Assembly: GCA_030264375.1 (NCBI GenBank)
Contig: JASCQW010000032.1
Span: 70,074,581 to 70,138,580, forward strand
DNA: 64,000 bases
Reading direction: 5' to 3'
Source of the DNA: Carcharhinus longimanus
Taxonomy: Eukaryota
Positions within the stretch are counted from its first letter, which is position 1. Every line of letters starts with the position of its first letter. A model generated the notes under the pieces. It did no database searches. It saw only the letters and a program-made list of their open reading frames with translations, and had not been told where the DNA came from. Below are positions 60,173 to 64,000 of the stretch, piece after piece. Made by a program: the position numbers and the translations under genes.

Positions 60173-61089
60173 TAAGTTCCAATTATTCCGTTATCAAAAG
60201 AGATAGGCCTGGGTTTTCTGTCATGCTAAAGGAACAATGCTCACCATTTACCTCATTGACACTTGTCCACGCAATTTTTGCAAGCTTTTGAACACAGACA
60301 TCTTTTGTCCAGTATCTGATTCAGTATGTTTCCCTCCATAGGGGATCTGTGAAACCTGTGAGCAAGTATCAGTGAGGTTTTTATTTAACTAATCAGAATG
60401 AGAAATCCTCACAGAGACTAAACTAAGAAGTTTGAATTAGATTTAAATCATGTAATAAAGGAGAAATGAAGATTGGAAAAGACTGTGAATTGAAAAAGAG
60501 AGATAATAGATGCAGATGGAAAAACTAAAAAAAATTTTTGCTTTTAAAGTAAATTTTCAAAGCTAGAAAGGTTGTTTGTCAGTAATTATCACTTATGCAA
60601 TCAAAAATTCATTTACTACTACATGAGCCAGCCCAGTATTTTTTGGCATTTTTACTGGGTAATGCATGGGAAAAGAATCCAACTTCACACTATTACATGG
60701 ATTTCAATGCTTAGTCCGTCAGCAAGGAGTACTACAGTACAACATATAGAAAAGCAGGGTATCTCTGACTGGAGTTTCCATAATCCCACACAAATCTGCG
60801 GAGGTGCAGATGTTCTAAGTTGCTGTCCAATTTATTCCATTCTGACACTGAATGCAATAGCCTCACCCATATTATCTAGGCATAACCCAGAAAAATACAT
60901 ACTTCCTCTGAGCACAAAAAATCCTAACCCCTTTTGCAAAAAAAAAACCTTTTATAGATCTGAGCACAAAGATAAAATCCTTCCCTATAATGAGATTAGA
61001 TGCTACATGTTTGAGTTCACAAAATCTACCTCAGCTTGAGAAGTATTGTCTTAATTGGTACTTGCTGAATTCCAATCAGGATACCTGAT

Positions 61090-61408
61090 TGAAATGCTTC
61101 AGCAGGCCTGATAGTATCTGTGAAGAGAGAATAGAGCCAACGTTTCAAGTATGGATGACCCATTGGACACTAAGCACGCAATTCTTCCATTCCACCTGTC
61201 ACAGGAATCGCAGCCGGCGGAGTACGGACCATGCAAAGGTCCGCTGACTTCGGGTGGGATTTTTCTGGCTTTGGGGTGAGCGCAGTTGGAAAATCCTGCC
61301 CTCAAACTCAAAACATTGGCTCTATTCTCTCTCCACAGATACTGTCAGACCTGCTGAGATTTTCCAGCATCTTCTACTTTTTCCAGCATCCGCAGTAGTT
61401 TGCTTTAA
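61090..61408. mobile_element. Penelope-derived fold-back with a MITE (about 61173-61301) in the loop
   Basis: CAGCAGGCCTGATAGTATCTGTGAAGAGAGAATAGAGCCAA is inverted against TTGGCTCTATTCTCTCTCCACAGATACTGTCAGACCTGCTG. The central insert is related to 5789-5912. Confidence 0.75.
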
Positions 61409-62632
61409 CCTGATCGAAACTGGTCTAAGTTATTTTTTCCCTTCCAAACAGTTCTTGTAAAACCATTCTCACTCAACACAAGTCTAATACCTACCTAGAG
61501 TTAATCGAGAGCTATCGTGTTCAGTTGGATCAACTGCACCTTTACCTAGTTTTGTAGACTGCAACAATATTCCAAAAATGCTGCACTTGCCAGTATTTTA
61601 TTATTGATCAGAGGAGTCTAAATATCCTTTCTTTGTCATGAGCACTAACAAGTGCCAAGAAACACAAACCCCCTATGTATAATGCATCAGCGGCTCCTGC
61701 AAGTACTTTGTTCACTCACATTGATTTTTGAAAAGCAACACTAAAGCGGTTAGAAATATTGTATCTGTGGTGGTTTCAGTGCAGCTCAGCAGAAAGCCAA
61801 TGGGACCGGTCAGCAGTTATCGGTAATAACCGTATAATTCAACCATCTTGCAGAGGCATGTAACAGACACCTATAGGTATAATTTCACTGATTAATTGGC
61901 CTTTTAAAAACTGCAACGTTATTCTATAATATAAATCAGACTGTACACTTTCAAGGTGTATCAGTTTTAACAGTGATATTAGAGGATAAAATCAGAATTT
62001 GATTTTTGTTTTTTTTTCTGGGTATCCCGTTCGTGTAGTTTAAGTTTCATCTGGTGAGTTCACTTAAAAGGGAGGTACGGTTACAGCAAAACTTGAAAGA
62101 CAGCCAATGTTCGGAGACATATGGATAGGCAGCATAGATTACAGAGGTCATTTCTGGGGAGAGGTGAGATGACACCACTGAGACTGTGTATATCAGTAGT
62201 TCATGGGAAAGGGAGAATATGGAGTAAGGGAAGCAGTCTCAGCTTTTGACAGAAAATTCATATATTGAATTTGCACTTATGTATTCATATTGCAATTTTG
62301 TCATACTCACTTTTCACAATTATTTTCACTCCTATCATGCCTGGATAATATCTGGGGTGACATTTAGATATTATTATTGGATATTACAAAAGACTTGCCT
62401 TCCAGTCTTCCAATAGTAGGTGGCACAATTCCACTTCTCAAGAAATTTCTCCTTATTAATTGAATTTTTTTCCCCCATTTTTCATTTCTCTTCTATCACA
62501 TCATTCGAAGCTTGCACCTCTTAATTTAGAGTCTGCATTTCTCAGTGAGGAACCTTCATTCTGAGCAGTTAAACAGCCTCATTGATATTTGTCCAACTTG
62601 CAAATTCCCCGTAGGGAAGTCTCTTCTCAGTT

Positions 62633-62948
62633 TTTTCTTCATCCATGGGACATGGGTGTCGCTGGCTGGCCAGCATTTATTGCCCATTCCTAGTTGCCCG
62701 AGGGCAGTTGAGAGTCAACCATGTTGCTATGGCTATGGAGTCACATGTAGGCCAGACCAGGTAAGATTTCCTTCCCTGAACATTAGTGAACCAGATGGGT
62801 TTTTCTGACAATCCACAATGGTTTTATGGTCTTAATTCCAGACATATTTTATTGAATCCAAATTCCACCATCTATCACTACATGATTCAAACAGGATCTC
62901 CAGAACATTAGCTAAGTTTCTGGATTAATAGTCAAGTGATCACCTCCC
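62633..62948 (-). mobile_element. tRNA-derived SINE, third family
   Basis: CAGCATTTATTGCCCATTCC...GGAGTCACATGTAGGCCAGACC...TTAATTCCAGA, matching 59845-60172. Confidence 0.8.
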
Positions 62949-63774
62949 CATATATTTGTCTTTATTTAAATTTATTTCATGGGCTAAATAACAGAATATA
63001 AATATTTTAAATTTAACCTGCATGCCATACTTTCCCTGCTCAAGCCAACTGTCTCCTAACATGGGGTGGGATTTTCCCGAAGACTGGAAATTCTCATCCG
63101 AAATCAAAAGACTTTTAAATGATTTGTAGAATTATCTGCCCTCCCATTATGATTCCATCCATGGTATCCCATTCTCCTTGGGTCTCATGTTGTGTTCTTC
63201 TAGTCCTGAGCTCCAGCCATGACCTTACCCAGCCCAAATCCAGACACGGTCCTGCTCACGAACTATGGCACTCTGTCACCCATTCTCTTGCTGGCCTCAA
63301 TACATTCAAGCCTTTGTCGGCCTGCTTGAGTGTTTATCTACCCACTGGCAGTCCTCATCTGGGCTTCTTGCTTCCTGTAATATCCATTGCCATCCCATGT
63401 CCTCCTATCTGCTGGTTATATTTAACCTTTAGAGAGGTTGCATTATGTGCAAAAGTGCAAAAACTAAATTGTTATTTCCAGCTTAATATTGGGAAAAAGA
63501 TTTTAGTTCAGACAGGTGAGGGAATAGGTGAAGAGATAGTATGGGAATAGGAAGGTCCTGGGGTAGGGAATTCAATAAAGTGATTTTCTTTGCCAAGTGC
63601 AGTCACTAATGTTAATAAGAACATATGTTCTTATTAAGTGCAATCACTAACGTTATGCAGGCAAATGTGGCATCTATTTTTTTTAATGCTGTAATGTCCC
63701 AGAAACAACAATGGATGGTATAGAGTTGGGGTGGAGTGGAGTTGAATGGAAGATTAAAGGAGGGGATGAGGTTG

Positions 63775-63905
63775 GCCACTGAATTTATTTATGATCTCAG
63801 CTGAAAGGCTGCACCTCTGTCAATGCAACACTCCCTCTGCACTGCACTATAGTATTGGCTTAGATAGTGTATTAAATTCCTGAAGTGAGACTTGAAACCA
63901 CATCC
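63775..63905 (-). mobile_element. Ancient Deu-domain SINE fragment (SacSINE1/AmnSINE1-like)
   Basis: CTGAAAGGCTGCACCTCTGTCAATGCAACACTCCCTCTGCACTGCACT...GAGACTTGAAACCAC resembles the recalled Deu-SINE consensus. Confidence 0.6.
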
Positions 63906-64000
63906 ATGCAATTATGAAAATTGTACCTTAGGTTTAGGCATGGGTTGCCTCAAAATGTAAGATACCATTTTTGAGGCTAAGCTTCCACACTCTGCTACAT

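Larger units (their letters stand above)
29299..64000 (+). other. ARHGAP15: ARHGAP15 intron, 5' part (continues beyond the window)
   Basis: The next expected exon (ITTVSGNEFLLQSD-like) was not found by eye downstream. The orthologous mammalian intron is recalled as very long. Confidence 0.7.

Noticed and set aside
60572-61039. 155-aa plus-strand ORF
   Set aside because: No domain similarity or convincing splice sites. It probably overlaps a decayed DNA-transposon-like sequence.
1-64000. CRISPR array, operon or prokaryotic defence system
   Set aside because: The sequence is vertebrate intron. Repeats are dispersed retroposons, and there are no regularly spaced repeat-spacer units or long intact ORFs.

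Overview
Eukaryotic, non-coding-dominated window from a cartilaginous fish, most likely a shark (judged from HE1-type V-SINEs, CR1, Rex1/Babar, Tx1, L2 and Penelope repeats). It is a draft assembly with many N gaps. Only two protein-coding exons are supportable, both on the + strand: 7289-7376 (88 nt) and 29209-29298 (90 nt). They splice in frame and encode part of the PH domain of ARHGAP15 (KNWTSSWVCLEGNRIEFYKERKQQTLASL|KAGYKPETVGLCGAQIDWAKDKSSRKNVLQ). Neither exon appears as such in the supplied ORF track, whose entries are almost all repeat-derived or spurious. The rest is intron, containing about 24 copies of one tRNA-headed SINE with two alternative LINE-derived tails, LINE fragments, Penelope remnants with fold-back arms and decayed hammerhead cores, GGGC-terminated MITE-like elements, and repeat-free blocks that may be conserved enhancers of the ARHGAP15-GTDC1-ZEB2 regulatory block. 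I found no evidence of a wholly new gene system. The best leads are the tail-swapped SINE pair, a CpG- and nuclear-receptor-motif-rich island near 57 kb, an old inverted duplication at 33.5-34.2 kb and a reciprocal templated-insertion scar at 16.3/18.2-18.8 kb. Repeat boundaries were read by eye and are approximate, and family names come from recalled consensus features, not from database searches.
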